Part shown: in pieces, positions 1 to 9,949 of the stretch
Layout: each line of letters begins with the position of its first letter
How positions within the stretch are numbered: position 1 is the stretch's first letter
Source: Candidatus Magasanikiibacteriota bacterium
GTDB taxonomy: Bacteria; Patescibacteriota; Patescibacteriia; Magasanikbacterales; GWA2-37-8
Length of the DNA stretch: 64,000 bases
Reading direction: 5' to 3'
NCBI GenBank assembly: GCA_016182085.1
Contig: JACOYB010000004.1
Coordinates: forward strand, 275,923-339,922
The notes under the pieces: generated by a model
Database searches by the model: none
Told to the model about the DNA's origin: nothing
What the model saw: the letters and a program-made list of their open reading frames with translations, nothing else
Translations under genes and position numbers: made by a program

Positions 1-877
1 CAATGTTGCTGAGATAATCTATAGCCGCGCCAAAGGCAATAACACCCGCAATATTTGGTGTGCCGGCTTCAAATTTCCAAGGGCCGCTGCGATAGGTGGC
101 AGATGTTGCTTTGACGGATTCTACCATTTCGCCGCCATACATAAACGGCGCCATCTCTTCCATAAGAGATTGTTTTACATATAGTACGCCAACACCTGTC
201 GGCCCAAGCATTTTGTGGGCGGAAAAAGCAAAAAAATCGCAATTTAAGTTATGGACATCGGTGGGTATATGTCCTACGCTTTGCGCCCCATCTATCATTA
301 CTTTAGCGCCTACGGCATGCGCCAAAGCCGTCATTTGTTTAACTGGCACAATGGTACCGGTAACATTTGATTCTACGGTAAGACAAACCAGTTTGGTTTT
401 TGGCGAAAGTAATTTTTTATACGCTTCCGCATCCAGGGTGTAATCATTTGTCAGAGGTATTATTTTGAGCGCCGCCTGTTTACTTTTTGCGAGTTCTTGC
501 CAGGGTACTAGGTTTGCGTGATGTTCCAGGCTGCTTACAACTATTTCATCTCCCTTTTTAATATTCTTTTCGCCCCAGGACACTCGCACGCAGTTTATAG
601 CTTCGGTGGTATTTTTGGTAAAAATTATTTCTTCTTCCGTACGCGCGCCAATAAATTTGGCAGCTTTTTTTCTCACCGCTTCATATTTATCCGTAGCTTC
701 TTCTGATAAGGTATAAATGCCGCGATGAATATTGGCGTTGGAAGTAAAATAAAAATTTTCTAAAACCTTGAGCATTACAATCGGTTTTTGGGTGGTGGAA
801 GCATTATCAAGATAGACAAGAGGTTTGCCGTTGATTGTGCGTTTGAAGATAGGGAAGTCTTTTTTAATTTGTTGCAT
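1..877 (-). CDS. sufS: cysteine desulfurase SufS, 5'-partial at window edge (N-terminus at 877; gene continues past position 1)
   Basis: Minus-strand ATG is the revcomp of cat at 875-877. Translation MQQIKKDFPIFKRTINGKPLVYLDNASTTQKP...LEHHANLVPWQ...FSAHKMLGPTGVGVLY shows class-V aminotransferase / SufS motifs. The frame stays open to position 1 and the gene adjoins sufD-sufB-sufC. It is absent from the ORF track because no stop lies inside the window. Confidence 0.85.
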   Translation of the reverse strand, partial: MQQIKKDFPIFKRTINGKPLVYLDNASTTQKPIVMLKVLENFYFTSNANIHRGIYTLSEEATDKYEAVRKKAAKFIGARTEEEIIFTKNTTEAINCVRVSWGEKNIKKGDEIVVSSLEHHANLVPWQELAKSKQAALKIIPLTNDYTLDAEAYKKLLSPKTKLVCLTVESNVTGTIVPVKQMTALAHAVGAKVMIDGAQSVGHIPTDVHNLNCDFFAFSAHKMLGPTGVGVLYVKQSLMEEMAPFMYGGEMVESVKATSATYRSGPWKFEAGTPNIAGVIAFGAAIDYLSNI

Positions 878-881
878 ACCT

Positions 882-1547
882 TTAACCAAGAAAATTATTA
901 ACCGCGGTACGAATAGCATCCTGAATCGTTGTGTCCGGTATATTTGCCAGTTCCGCTTCAAAAAATCCTTGCACTAAGAGGGATCTGGCATGTGCTTCGG
1001 ATAGGCCGCGAGAGCAAAGATAAAATATTGCGTCTTCGTCTATTTTCCCCACGCTGGCGCTATGCCCAGCTTTAACGTCATCTGTTTTTATTTCCAAATT
1101 GGGCGAGGTTTTTGCCTTTGCCTCATCAGATAGCAGTAGAGTGTGGTGAGAAAAATATGTACTGGCACCCCGTGCGTTTTTTTCAATCCGGCAGTCTCCT
1201 TCAATGTGGCAGCTTGCCCGATCTGTGAGGCCGGCTCGGACCATGATTCTAATTTTAGTATGAGGAGCGCTATGGCGAGCTTCTATCTTTGCTGAAAATG
1301 AATTGTTATTTTTTCCTAAGATGAAAAAAATACATTCGCATTTTGCTCCGCGTTCTTTGGCGTTAATAATAAAATTGTGCAGATCAGGCCAGCCTTCGGT
1401 GGCTAGACAAATCAAGGTTAAATCCGCATTTTTTTTCAAAGTAATCTGTCCGTGTGGAATTGTATTAAAAAAATACAAAGCCTGCTTGCCGCCGACAGTT
1501 AAAGATTTGGGAAATTTTGTAAAAGTTTTTAGTTGCATATTAACCAA
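882..1547 (-). CDS. sufD: Fe-S cluster assembly protein SufD (short form)
   Basis: 221-aa ORF between sufB and sufS. The C-terminal region ...[27 protein letters not shown] is paralogous to the SufB C-terminus ([21 protein letters not shown]). Its stop/start is tightly coupled to sufB (overlap 1540-1547). Confidence 0.75.
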   Translation of the reverse strand: MVNMQLKTFTKFPKSLTVGGKQALYFFNTIPHGQITLKKNADLTLICLATEGWPDLHNFIINAKERGAKCECIFFILGKNNNSFSAKIEARHSAPHTKIRIMVRAGLTDRASCHIEGDCRIEKNARGASTYFSHHTLLLSDEAKAKTSPNLEIKTDDVKAGHSASVGKIDEDAIFYLCSRGLSEAHARSLLVQGFFEAELANIPDTTIQDAIRTAVNNFLG

Positions 1548-2958
1548 CTGAACCGGTCATTTCCAAAGTAAGCAGCCTGTTAAGTTCAACCGCGTATTCC
1601 ATAGGAAGTTGCTTTACAATTGGGCTGGCAAATCCATTTACAATAAGCGTGGCCGCTTGTTCCTCCGAAAGTCCGCGGCTCATGAGATAAAATAACTCGT
1701 CTTCGCCAATGCTGGCTACAGTCGCTTCATGGGCAATGGTTACGTCTTTTTCTTTAATATCCATGGTTGGATAGGTATCTGAGCGAGAAGCCGGATCAAG
1801 CATGAGCGCATCACAAACCACGCGAGTTTTTACGTTTTGCGCGCCCTTTATTACTTTTACCAAACCGCGGTAGGTAGTACGACCGCCATTTTTACTGATA
1901 GATTTGGAAATAATTGTAGAACTGGTATCCGGAGCCAAATGAATTGCTTTGCCGCCCGCGTCTTGGTGTTGGCCCTTACCCGCAAAGGCCAGAGACTGAA
2001 TTTCTCCTTTAGCGCCTCGTTCACGCAAGATAACACTGGGATATTTCATAGTTGCTTTTGAGCCTAAATTACAATCCAACCAAAACATATGGCCGTTTTC
2101 ATAGACAGATGCTCGTTTGGTAACCAGGTTATATACGTTGCTGGACCAATTTTGAACCGTGGTATATTGCACGCGCGCGTCTTTTTTCACTATAATTTCT
2201 ACCACCGCTGAATGCAGGGAATCGCTGGAGTAGGTTGGGGCGGTACAGCCTTCCACATAATGTACCGAGCTGCCTTCGTCGGCAATAATGAGTGTTCTTT
2301 CAAATTGACCCATGTTTTTCATGTTGATGCGAAAATATGCTTGAAGGGGGAGTTCCACATGGACGCCTTTTGGTACGTAAATAAAACTTCCACCCGACCA
2401 CACGGCCGAATTTAAAGCTGAAAATTTATTATCATGCGTAGGCACAACGGTGCCAAAATGTTTTTTAAATAGTTCCGGATGGTTTTTGAGCGCGTCATCG
2501 GTGGATTCAAAAATTACTCCCTGTTTGGCTAGGTTTTCAGCCAGGGAATGATAAATCATCTCCGATTCAAATTGCGCGCCGGTGCCAGCCAAGAATTTAC
2601 GTTCAGCTTCCGGTATGCCCAGTTTGTCAAAGGTATTTTTAATTTCTGCCGGCACATCTTCCCAATTGCGTTTGGTTTTATCTTGAGGACGAACGTAATA
2701 ATGGATATTATCAAAGTCGATCTTGGACAGATCAGCCCCCCAGGTTGGCATATGTTTTTCCAAAAAAATTTCGTATGCTTTTAAACGAAATTCCAACATC
2801 CATTCGGGTTCGGATTTTTGACGTGAGAGTTCACGAATAATTTCTTGATTCAATCCTTTGCGAGCCGTAAAAATATTTTTAGTATTGGTGCGAAAATCAG
2901 CCGCAGATCTGCTGCCGGCTTTATTTATTATTTTTTTTGTTTTTGTGGGGATTGCCAT
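1540..2958 (-). CDS. sufB: Fe-S cluster assembly protein SufB
   Basis: Conserved SufB blocks (…[29 protein letters not shown]…, …[21 protein letters not shown]…). Start moved to the internal ATG at 2958 (MAIPTKTKK…, 473 aa). The 48 codons upstream in the track ORF overlap the palindromic element and are unlikely to be coding. Confidence 0.9.
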   Translation of the reverse strand: MAIPTKTKKIINKAGSRSAADFRTNTKNIFTARKGLNQEIIRELSRQKSEPEWMLEFRLKAYEIFLEKHMPTWGADLSKIDFDNIHYYVRPQDKTKRNWEDVPAEIKNTFDKLGIPEAERKFLAGTGAQFESEMIYHSLAENLAKQGVIFESTDDALKNHPELFKKHFGTVVPTHDNKFSALNSAVWSGGSFIYVPKGVHVELPLQAYFRINMKNMGQFERTLIIADEGSSVHYVEGCTAPTYSSDSLHSAVVEIIVKKDARVQYTTVQNWSSNVYNLVTKRASVYENGHMFWLDCNLGSKATMKYPSVILRERGAKGEIQSLAFAGKGQHQDAGGKAIHLAPDTSSTIISKSISKNGGRTTYRGLVKVIKGAQNVKTRVVCDALMLDPASRSDTYPTMDIKEKDVTIAHEATVASIGEDELFYLMSRGLSEEQAATLIVNGFASPIVKQLPMEYAVELNRLLTLEMTGSVG

Positions 2959-2970
2959 AGATAATTGTTT

Positions 2971-3140
2971 ATTGTCATTCCGAATCTCCCTTGTGGGGTG
3001 AGGAATCTCTGTCCGCTCAATTGTCATTCCCGCCACAGCGGGAATCCAGATAATTAAAACTGGATACTGGATTCCCGCTGTGGCGGGAATGACAACAGAC
3101 AAAGATCCCTCGTCGTCGCGAGACTCGCTCGGGATGACAA
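2971..3140. repeat. nested perfect palindromic element between the sufB start and the sufC stop (GTCATTCC(C/G) motif family)
   Basis: 3021-3049 ttgtcattcccgccacagcgggaatccag and 3067-3095 ctggattcccgctgtggcgggaatgacaa are exact 29-bp inverted repeats separated by a 17-nt spacer. Each arm is itself a hairpin (attcccg…cgggaat). Related gtcattccgaatc (2974-) and gggatgac (3131-) motifs flank them. Confidence 0.7.
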
Positions 3141-3155
3141 TGCGGTAAAGTAATT

Positions 3156-3917
3156 TTATTTCTTCTTTATAAAAGATTCAAACCCATTTTTTTCTATCTT
3201 TTTCAAAATTTCCGTGCCGCCTTGCGCGACAATTTTGCCTTTGGACATAATATGAATTTTGTCGGGTTTGATAAAATCTAAAATGCGAGGATTGTGACTG
3301 ACGATTACAAGACCCATTTTTTGTTTTTTATGAATCGTACTAATTTGTTTGCTTACAATTTTTAAAGCATCAACATCTAAACCCGAATCTATTTCATCTA
3401 AGAAAGCAAAAGCCGGTTCCAGGATTGCCATTTGCAGCACTTCGGATTTCTTTTTTTCTCCGCCGGAAAAACCGTCGTTTATGGAGCGAGACATAAACGC
3501 GGGGTCAATATTTAGCTTATTCATTTCTTCCCGCATCAGGCCGGCAAATTGAGCCGGAGCCATAGCTGGTTTTTTATTTTTTTGAGCGGAATGAATCGTG
3601 TTTTTTGCGAGGCGCAAAAAATTTCCCAAAGCTACTCCGGCTACGACTTGCGGATGTTGGAAAGCTAAAAACAATCCGGCCTGGGCGCGTTCGGATGGGG
3701 AAAGATCAAGAAGGTTTTTTTTATCCAGCTTGGCTGAACCCATAGTGACGGTATATTTAGGGCTACCCATCAGGACGGATAGTAGAGTGCTTTTTCCCGA
3801 CCCATTCTGGCCCATAATAATGTGAATTTCACCCGAAGATACGCTTAAAGAAACACCATTTAAAATTTTGGTGTTGCCAACCGTGGCATGGAGGTTTTTT
3901 ATCGTTAGATTAGGCAT
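3156..3917 (-). CDS. sufC: Fe-S cluster assembly ATPase SufC
   Basis: Walker [13 protein letters not shown] signature FSGGEKKK and Walker [15 protein letters not shown] confirmed as cat at 3915-3917. Confidence 0.9.
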   Translation of the reverse strand: MPNLTIKNLHATVGNTKILNGVSLSVSSGEIHIIMGQNGSGKSTLLSVLMGSPKYTVTMGSAKLDKKNLLDLSPSERAQAGLFLAFQHPQVVAGVALGNFLRLAKNTIHSAQKNKKPAMAPAQFAGLMREEMNKLNIDPAFMSRSINDGFSGGEKKKSEVLQMAILEPAFAFLDEIDSGLDVDALKIVSKQISTIHKKQKMGLVIVSHNPRILDFIKPDKIHIMSKGKIVAQGGTEILKKIEKNGFESFIKKK

Positions 3918-3984
3918 ATTTGTATAAGTAATGCAGACCTTATAGTACCGCTAAAAAGGCCAGGCGTCAATGATAACAAAAACA

Positions 3985-4030
3985 AAAATCCCATCCGAGT
4001 TTTTGGCTACAAATGGGACTTTTTAGAAGT
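3985..4030 (-). terminator. probable intrinsic terminator downstream of the cupredoxin-like gene
   Basis: aaaatcccat…atgggacttttt hairpin, with a T-run on the minus strand. Confidence 0.4.
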
Positions 4031-4039
4031 GTAAAGGGG

Positions 4040-4444
4040 TTATTCGGTAACTTTCAAAGTACCCCATTGACCACCAGCTCTGTGGCCGGGTTTGGAGCAG
4101 TAGTAAACAAATTCTCCGGCTTTGTCGGCGGTAAATTCAACGACCGTTTCTTGATTAAGCGGTAATTCTTTGGCAACGGTAAATTCATCAATGACAAAGT
4201 CGTGCACGCCCAAAGTGTTGGTGATTTTAACTTTTACTTTGTCTCCTTTTTTTATATTCATTTCTGGAAGAGAGAAAATTGGTTTTTTGAGAGCCGGATC
4301 ATAATATGCGGTCATGGTGAATTCTTTAACCGATTCAACTTTTGCATTTTCTTGTGTTGGAGCGGAAACTTTTTTTGCTTTCCACATATATGCAACGCCG
4401 CCAACTAGGGCTATAGCCAAAATGAGAACCACTGCTTTTTTCAT
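4040..4444 (-). CDS. membrane-anchored cupredoxin-like (blue-copper-type) protein
   Basis: Start moved to ATG 4444 (MKKAVVLILAIALVGGVAYMW, an N-terminal TM anchor). The C-terminus GVHDF…YYCSKPGHRAGGQWGTLKV matches the His/Cys/His loop pattern of type-1 copper sites; the axial ligand may be Gln instead of Met. Confidence 0.55.
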   Translation of the reverse strand: MKKAVVLILAIALVGGVAYMWKAKKVSAPTQENAKVESVKEFTMTAYYDPALKKPIFSLPEMNIKKGDKVKVKITNTLGVHDFVIDEFTVAKELPLNQETVVEFTADKAGEFVYYCSKPGHRAGGQWGTLKVTE

Positions 4445-4577
4445 ATACGAAATGAGTGAGAGAACTAAATTAAATGTACTTAATTTAGTCCCGAACGAAT
4501 AAAATATAAAGCTATAGGTGAGATAATCAATGCTACATAAATGTATTATATCACTGCTCAAAACAATATTCTAGTTT

Positions 4578-4961
4578 TTATTTTTCATAAATTTCAATCG
4601 GCAACCCATCAGGATCTCTAAAGAACGTAAATTTTTTATTTGTAATCTCATCCACCCGCACTTCTTCGGCTTCAACACCTCTATCACTCAAATCCTTAAC
4701 CGTCTTTTCAATAGACTCTACTTCAAAAGCCAAATGCCGCAATCCGCAAGCTTCAGGGTTGGAAATTCTAGTTGGGGGATTGGGGAATGAAAAAAGTTCA
4801 ATTTGTGATCCGGCAATACTAATATCCAGTTTATACGAATTACGTTCGGCTCGGTATGTTTCTTTAATGATGCTGCCGCCTAATATATCCGTATAAAAAG
4901 ATTTTGATTTTTGGTAATCAGAGCAGATAATAGCAGTATGATGAACTTTATTAAATTTCAT
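4578..4961 (-). CDS. VOC / glyoxalase-family protein
   Basis: 127 aa. HHTAIICSDYQKSKSFYTDILG … GLRHLAFEV… is the glyoxalase/bleomycin-resistance fold pattern. Confidence 0.7.
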   Translation of the reverse strand: MKFNKVHHTAIICSDYQKSKSFYTDILGGSIIKETYRAERNSYKLDISIAGSQIELFSFPNPPTRISNPEACGLRHLAFEVESIEKTVKDLSDRGVEAEEVRVDEITNKKFTFFRDPDGLPIEIYEK

Positions 4962-4963
4962 AA

Positions 4964-7324
4964 TTATGGCGTTTTTATCACATGCCTAATCTTATACTGG
5001 CTCAGCGCTCCAATATGGCTCAAATCATCAATGCCAATCTTGCCAATATACAAGTACTTTATTTTTTCCACAGCATTGTCCTTTAAGTATTCTTCCACAG
5101 CTTGCAAACCTCTAAAATAAATCGTGTCGCGGGTAAACGCTATTTTTTTGCTTGTATCTGCCAGGCCGCGCTTAACTTTTACGCAGGTGCGCCAGGCCGA
5201 CTCGTCTCCCAACGCGTAATTACTTTTTACATAATGAAATAAATCTACAAATGACATTTCTTGCGCCAAATACGCGCCGATAGACCGCAGGGGCGCCCAA
5301 ATTGCTTTTTCTCCAAGCGGTACGCCCAAAGCGTGTTGATTGTATACAGCCAGCCCTTCTTCAGTAGCAATGTATCCGGCAGTGCCGACTTCAAACAGTT
5401 TATATTTTTGCAAACGGCTGTTTTCAGCCCTATAAATATGTGTTTCAATTTCGTGCGCAATCACTGCTTTAAGTCGGTTTTCGGTAAATATCACGCCTTC
5501 CCGTAGAAATATTGTGCCGTCCAGACTTATTGAAATATCATTTACACGGCCCGCGGCTATTTTTATATGCCAATTGGTTAGTTTGTGTTCTTCCAAAAAT
5601 AGCGTGAGCCGTTTTACAATTTGTTTGAAACTTAGTTTGGCGCTGTCATCGGGTTGAATCGGGTGTTCGTGAATATAGCGGACGGCTTGATCATATAGTA
5701 CGCGACTGGCTGGGCCATATAACTTTTCCGAAGCCTGCTGCAATTTTGGAGTATCCAATGATTCCAATAAATCTAATTTTGTCTCTATTTCAATTATTTT
5801 CTTTTTATATAGATTATATAACGGATGGTTAAGCGCCTCAGGCAGTGCTTTTAGGTCTTTTTTAATTTGAACAATAGGCAAAGAATGCGCGCGGTATAAA
5901 AATTGAGGCGAGCGAACGGGATTTTCTAGAAACGCTTGTTTTTCTTCATCGTGGTTTAATGGCCGCAGCAATCCGGCGATGGTAATTTTTTTATCTATTT
6001 CGTATAATTTTTTATCAATATTTTTTAGAATTTTTTCCGTTCGTTCACTATCAATTTTTGGACTTTGATAGGGCAGATGTTTGTTAAGCGCGCTATGAAT
6101 TGTAAAATGTTCAAGAAACTTGCCGCCAATAACCGCTTTATATGTTTGATTTTCCAAACTGCCAAAGGTGGCGGGAATGGTGAGCCGTTTGCCTTTTAAT
6201 TTAATATCAATAAAAGAATCTTCGGTTTCAATGTCGCTCAGACTGCGGTCAAGCAGAACGCCGTCATAATGCGGATCAATTTTTGCGAGGATGTGGTCGT
6301 ACTTGGTATTTAATAATTCTATATGTTCAAATAATCCGATTGCCGTACGGTTGGGAGCGCTTTCTTTTGTTTCTGCCGGCACATTAGAGCTGAAAAGCGC
6401 TTTGCATAGCTCAACACCCTTTTCAGGGCTTGGAACTTTCAGATCCGCCACTTTTTTTAATCGCGCGCGCAACGGAATTTGGCTGGCAATTTGAATAGAG
6501 AGGCCGGCTCGAGCATTAAGCTCCAATATTTTTATACCGTTTGTGGTAAGCGCCAAATCCGCGGCTAAAAATCCAATCTGACTGACTTTTTGCGCGTTAG
6601 CGGCAGCCAAAAGAATTTTGTCCCATTCAGGAATTTCTAAATCAGATAATTTTTCTCCGTTAGGCAAGGTGCGAATAAATTTTCCTTTGTGAACTGCATA
6701 GGCGGCGTTTCCAGTCGCAATATCAATACCTATGCCAACTGCCCCCAAATGTAAATTTGCTTTGCCCTGTGATTGTTCCGTAGGCAGGCGCAGCATGGCT
6801 AGGACTGGAATATAATTAAATACAATGATTCGGATATCGGGCAAACCTTGCTTAACGTATGGTTTAAAAAAATCATGAGCTATAAGCCGTTCTTCAATAA
6901 TTGCCTGATCGTATAAGCCTGATATGGCATATTCTCCGTCTAAGATAGAAGAGATATGCCGGCTAATATCTTGCCAGCTATGTTCCTGGCCGCTAATATC
7001 TATAAAATTTCCGCTTTTTTTTTCTACAAATACCACAATGCCTTCGCCGCCATACCCATGGTTTGGTTTGATGACAAAATTGTCCGGCAGGCTTTTGGGA
7101 TTAAAATGTTTGAGTTCGTTATAATTTTTAATTACGGTATATACTTTGGCCGCGCCCAGCCCTCGTGACTGCAAATAATTTTTGGTAAACATTTTATCAT
7201 CAGCAAAACTTTTATTGGCTTTGGAATTAAATCTGCTGATATACAAAAGATTGCGCGCGTTAATGCCGAGCACGCCGGATAATCGTTCAAAAAAAGATAA
7301 TTTGTACTGATGGGATAGCGCCAT
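4964..7324 (-). CDS. fusion protein: N-terminal ATP-grasp ligase (alpha-L-glutamate-ligase-like) plus C-terminal QEGLA/DUF1704 metallopeptidase-like domain
   Basis: 786 aa. The N-terminal roughly 300 aa carry ATP-grasp signatures (FVIKPNHGYGGEGIVV; LELNARAGLSIQIAS = E-x-N Mg site). The C-terminal roughly 300 aa carry HEIETHIYRAEN…GYIATEEGLAVYNQ, i.e. an HExxxH-like motif and the QEGLA-type EEGLA motif of 'flavohemoglobin expression-modulating QEGLA' proteins. ATG confirmed at 7322-7324. Confidence 0.7.
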   Translation of the reverse strand: MALSHQYKLSFFERLSGVLGINARNLLYISRFNSKANKSFADDKMFTKNYLQSRGLGAAKVYTVIKNYNELKHFNPKSLPDNFVIKPNHGYGGEGIVVFVEKKSGNFIDISGQEHSWQDISRHISSILDGEYAISGLYDQAIIEERLIAHDFFKPYVKQGLPDIRIIVFNYIPVLAMLRLPTEQSQGKANLHLGAVGIGIDIATGNAAYAVHKGKFIRTLPNGEKLSDLEIPEWDKILLAAANAQKVSQIGFLAADLALTTNGIKILELNARAGLSIQIASQIPLRARLKKVADLKVPSPEKGVELCKALFSSNVPAETKESAPNRTAIGLFEHIELLNTKYDHILAKIDPHYDGVLLDRSLSDIETEDSFIDIKLKGKRLTIPATFGSLENQTYKAVIGGKFLEHFTIHSALNKHLPYQSPKIDSERTEKILKNIDKKLYEIDKKITIAGLLRPLNHDEEKQAFLENPVRSPQFLYRAHSLPIVQIKKDLKALPEALNHPLYNLYKKKIIEIETKLDLLESLDTPKLQQASEKLYGPASRVLYDQAVRYIHEHPIQPDDSAKLSFKQIVKRLTLFLEEHKLTNWHIKIAAGRVNDISISLDGTIFLREGVIFTENRLKAVIAHEIETHIYRAENSRLQKYKLFEVGTAGYIATEEGLAVYNQHALGVPLGEKAIWAPLRSIGAYLAQEMSFVDLFHYVKSNYALGDESAWRTCVKVKRGLADTSKKIAFTRDTIYFRGLQAVEEYLKDNAVEKIKYLYIGKIGIDDLSHIGALSQYKIRHVIKTP

Positions 7325-7326
7325 AC

Positions 7327-8859
7327 CTATTCTTGATGTTCGGTAAGCAGGCTTCTAAATCGGAAATATTCGGCTATGCGTAAGCCGGTGAATTTGCCCA
7401 AGAGAAGTGTGGCTATAACCGGTACAAGCACCAGTTCGGGCCATGATAGTAATACGTTATTAAAGTAAGCCCAAGTAATAAAATAGTAGGAAGCAATAAC
7501 AATAAGAAGCGTGCCAGCTACGGCTACAATCGCATTGCGAACACCCTCTTCGTTTTGCGCGGCCATAAATTTTTCCGAAACGGTTGACATCACAAGCATT
7601 GGGAATATGGCCATAGAAAGCGGCACGGAGGTGCCATATTGCAAGGCCAGCCAAATTACAAATAAAAATGAGAGACTGATTAAAGCTAAATGGAGAGCCA
7701 TTTTTGGCAGGTACAATAATTCAAATTTGTTCAAAATAAATTTGGCAATATAGCCGATTACCACCGCGAAAATAAAGGTAAGAATGCCAAGCCCTAAACC
7801 GAGGATAAAGAATGAAATGGCAATGATGACCGGGGTATAGACGCCAAATGCGCTAATACCGATGACTTGTCTGGCAAACGAAGCAATGAAAGCCAGAAAT
7901 GGCACGATAAGAATGATATATACAATATTGGAAGAGACGCCTTTGGAAACCAAATCAGTCACAAAGTGAGAAAGAAGAAAGACTGATGATTTATCACCGC
8001 GCTGATCTATAATCCTATATTCAATACTCCGACTTTGGAGAGTACCGGTTATCTGGTCTGTTTCTTTGGTGATAAAAATAGGATTAATCGCTTCTTTGCG
8101 AGTGAGGAGAATATAACTTGGCTCCACCAAATTAAACGTTTGATAAGCTAGGTTGGAAATAGTGTTTAGGTCGCTGTCAGAGATAACGGCAAAAAATTTA
8201 TTTTTAATGATGGTTTTATCTTCCGGTTTTAAATCTTTCCAGTACAGATTAAACGCCTGCATGCCAAGCGGTGATTGGGTGTAAAAAATCAACACATTTG
8301 AATCTTTGATATAGTCTGTGTTTTCTTTTATTTTCTGTACCAGAGCATCTTCGGTAAGAAGCGCGCCTTCCTTTTCGGCTATAGGCAAAAGCTGCAAAGC
8401 TACGCCGTTTTCGGCGGCTTGGGTTTGTAAATTTTTAATTCCTTCTTGGTTTTTTTGATCAATAATAAGCAAGGCGCTATTGTTAAAAACAAAGATGTCT
8501 TTGCTTATGCTGGCGGTTGAGGTAGCTTGGCGAATGGTAAGCGTGATAGTTTTTTTTCCTACGGTTGAGAATTGCTGCACGATTTCTTTGCCCGTTACCT
8601 TGGGGCCGCTGCCAAAATCCCAAACATATTCCGCAGGGGTGGTAGAAGATAATAGAGTTGAATCAGAAGCGTCAAAGATAACTTTTTTATTTATCCGTAC
8701 CAGGTCATCGGAAGTAATTATAGCTTCAAGTTGTTTAGTTGGTTGCAGAGGCTGGGGAGCGGGGGAAGTTGCCACGGTTTGGGCATGTATAGAAGACGGG
8801 ATTGCAGTTGCCAGTAGAAAATAAAGAATAGAGTATAGTGATACTATTTTTTTCTTCAT
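7327..8859 (-). CDS. 7TM membrane protein with large N-terminal extracytoplasmic domain (inactive-transglutaminase-fused 7TM / UUP1-like)
   Basis: 510 aa with a signal peptide MKKKIVSLYSILYFLLATAIPSSIHAQ and a roughly 290-aa soluble domain. Seven hydrophobic helices fill the C-terminal 200 aa. It lies immediately downstream of the ATP-grasp/QEGLA fusion, 2-nt gap. Confidence 0.6.
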   Translation of the reverse strand: MKKKIVSLYSILYFLLATAIPSSIHAQTVATSPAPQPLQPTKQLEAIITSDDLVRINKKVIFDASDSTLLSSTTPAEYVWDFGSGPKVTGKEIVQQFSTVGKKTITLTIRQATSTASISKDIFVFNNSALLIIDQKNQEGIKNLQTQAAENGVALQLLPIAEKEGALLTEDALVQKIKENTDYIKDSNVLIFYTQSPLGMQAFNLYWKDLKPEDKTIIKNKFFAVISDSDLNTISNLAYQTFNLVEPSYILLTRKEAINPIFITKETDQITGTLQSRSIEYRIIDQRGDKSSVFLLSHFVTDLVSKGVSSNIVYIILIVPFLAFIASFARQVIGISAFGVYTPVIIAISFFILGLGLGILTFIFAVVIGYIAKFILNKFELLYLPKMALHLALISLSFLFVIWLALQYGTSVPLSMAIFPMLVMSTVSEKFMAAQNEEGVRNAIVAVAGTLLIVIASYYFITWAYFNNVLLSWPELVLVPVIATLLLGKFTGLRIAEYFRFRSLLTEHQE

Positions 8860-8991
8860 ATTATATAGTATTGATTTTAGAAACTTACTATATCATAGGA
8901 AAGCAGCCGAGACAATAAATACATTGACAAAATTATTCTGTAGGATTACTGTTATTACTGATTCTTTTTATGTTTTAAACAAGTAAAACGT

Positions 8992-9927
8992 ATGAAAAAA
9001 CTTGCTATATATTTTTCCGATCCCGAACCGATGGGCTACCCGTTTAATTCCAAGTATCCCTATTGGGAAATTTATCAAGGCATCATTAAAGATATAGAAG
9101 CGCAAGGGCATAGTGTGTATGTTGTTCGCGGTAATTCATATCTCGGCAAGGGCGTATTTTCACATGGCTGGCGAGTTATAGACGATAGGATGGCGCCGGT
9201 AGCTGAGCCGATTACCGTAGATTTAATTTTCAACCGTGATGACAAAAATACCATCCCCGCAATTTACGATTGTCCGATCATAAATCATCCGGATTTGGAT
9301 AGATTATGCGTAGACAAGGTTGAGACCGCAAAATTTTTTCCCGAGCTTTCGCCCAAAACTAAAGCCATTAATTCATACCAGGAATATTTGGGTGCAATTA
9401 AGGAATGGGGTTTTGGTCCGGAAGAAAAGATTGTTTTAAAAAAGAATTTTTTGTCCGGCGGCCGCGGCATTTATATTCGTCCTATAAAAGAGATTGCCGA
9501 ATCATTATATGATGACTGGAAAGATATTCTTGTTCAAGAATTTGTAGACAATTCCATTGGAATTCCGGAAATAATTGAAGGTTTGCACGATATTCGCGTA
9601 GTTACTATAAATGGCGAACCGGTATATACGTTTGTACGCGTACCCCCAGCCGGATCATTTTTAGCCAATGTTTCCCAGGGTGGCACCGAGATACCGTTAA
9701 GTTTAAGCAAGCTTCCGAACAATTTGTTGAAATTGGTTGAAGAAGTAAATAAAAAGCTGTCTCATTATAGGCCAAGCATGTTTGCTTCGGACTTTGTTAA
9801 TTCTAAAAATGGATTTAAGCTGGTAGAACTTAATTCTCGCCCAGCTGTCTGTATCCCTTCACTTTCTTCGGAAACCAAAAATTATATTGATAAGATTGTG
9901 CAGCTCCTTGTAAAAGAGCTGTCCTAA
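8992..9927 (+). CDS. RimK/GshB-like ATP-grasp ligase, paralog 1
   Basis: 311 aa. FLANVSQGGTE (N-x-SQGG loop) and VELNSRPA (Mg-binding E-x-N) are ATP-grasp hallmarks. Confidence 0.7.
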   Translation: MKKLAIYFSDPEPMGYPFNSKYPYWEIYQGIIKDIEAQGHSVYVVRGNSYLGKGVFSHGWRVIDDRMAPVAEPITVDLIFNRDDKNTIPAIYDCPIINHPDLDRLCVDKVETAKFFPELSPKTKAINSYQEYLGAIKEWGFGPEEKIVLKKNFLSGGRGIYIRPIKEIAESLYDDWKDILVQEFVDNSIGIPEIIEGLHDIRVVTINGEPVYTFVRVPPAGSFLANVSQGGTEIPLSLSKLPNNLLKLVEEVNKKLSHYRPSMFASDFVNSKNGFKLVELNSRPAVCIPSLSSETKNYIDKIVQLLVKELS

Positions 9928-9949
9928 AATTATTTGCCTGCTTAACCCT

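Noticed and set aside
96-443. 115-aa plus-strand ORF, plus 518-706 and 1303-1551
   Set aside because: These lie antisense inside the well-supported sufS and sufD coding regions. Their composition is low-complexity and they carry no motifs, so they are artefacts of the open opposite frame.
2959-3102. 48-codon N-terminal extension of SufB in the track ORF ([16 protein letters not shown]…)
   Set aside because: The extension is translated from the palindromic repeat element. The SufB homology starts at the internal ATG at 2958.
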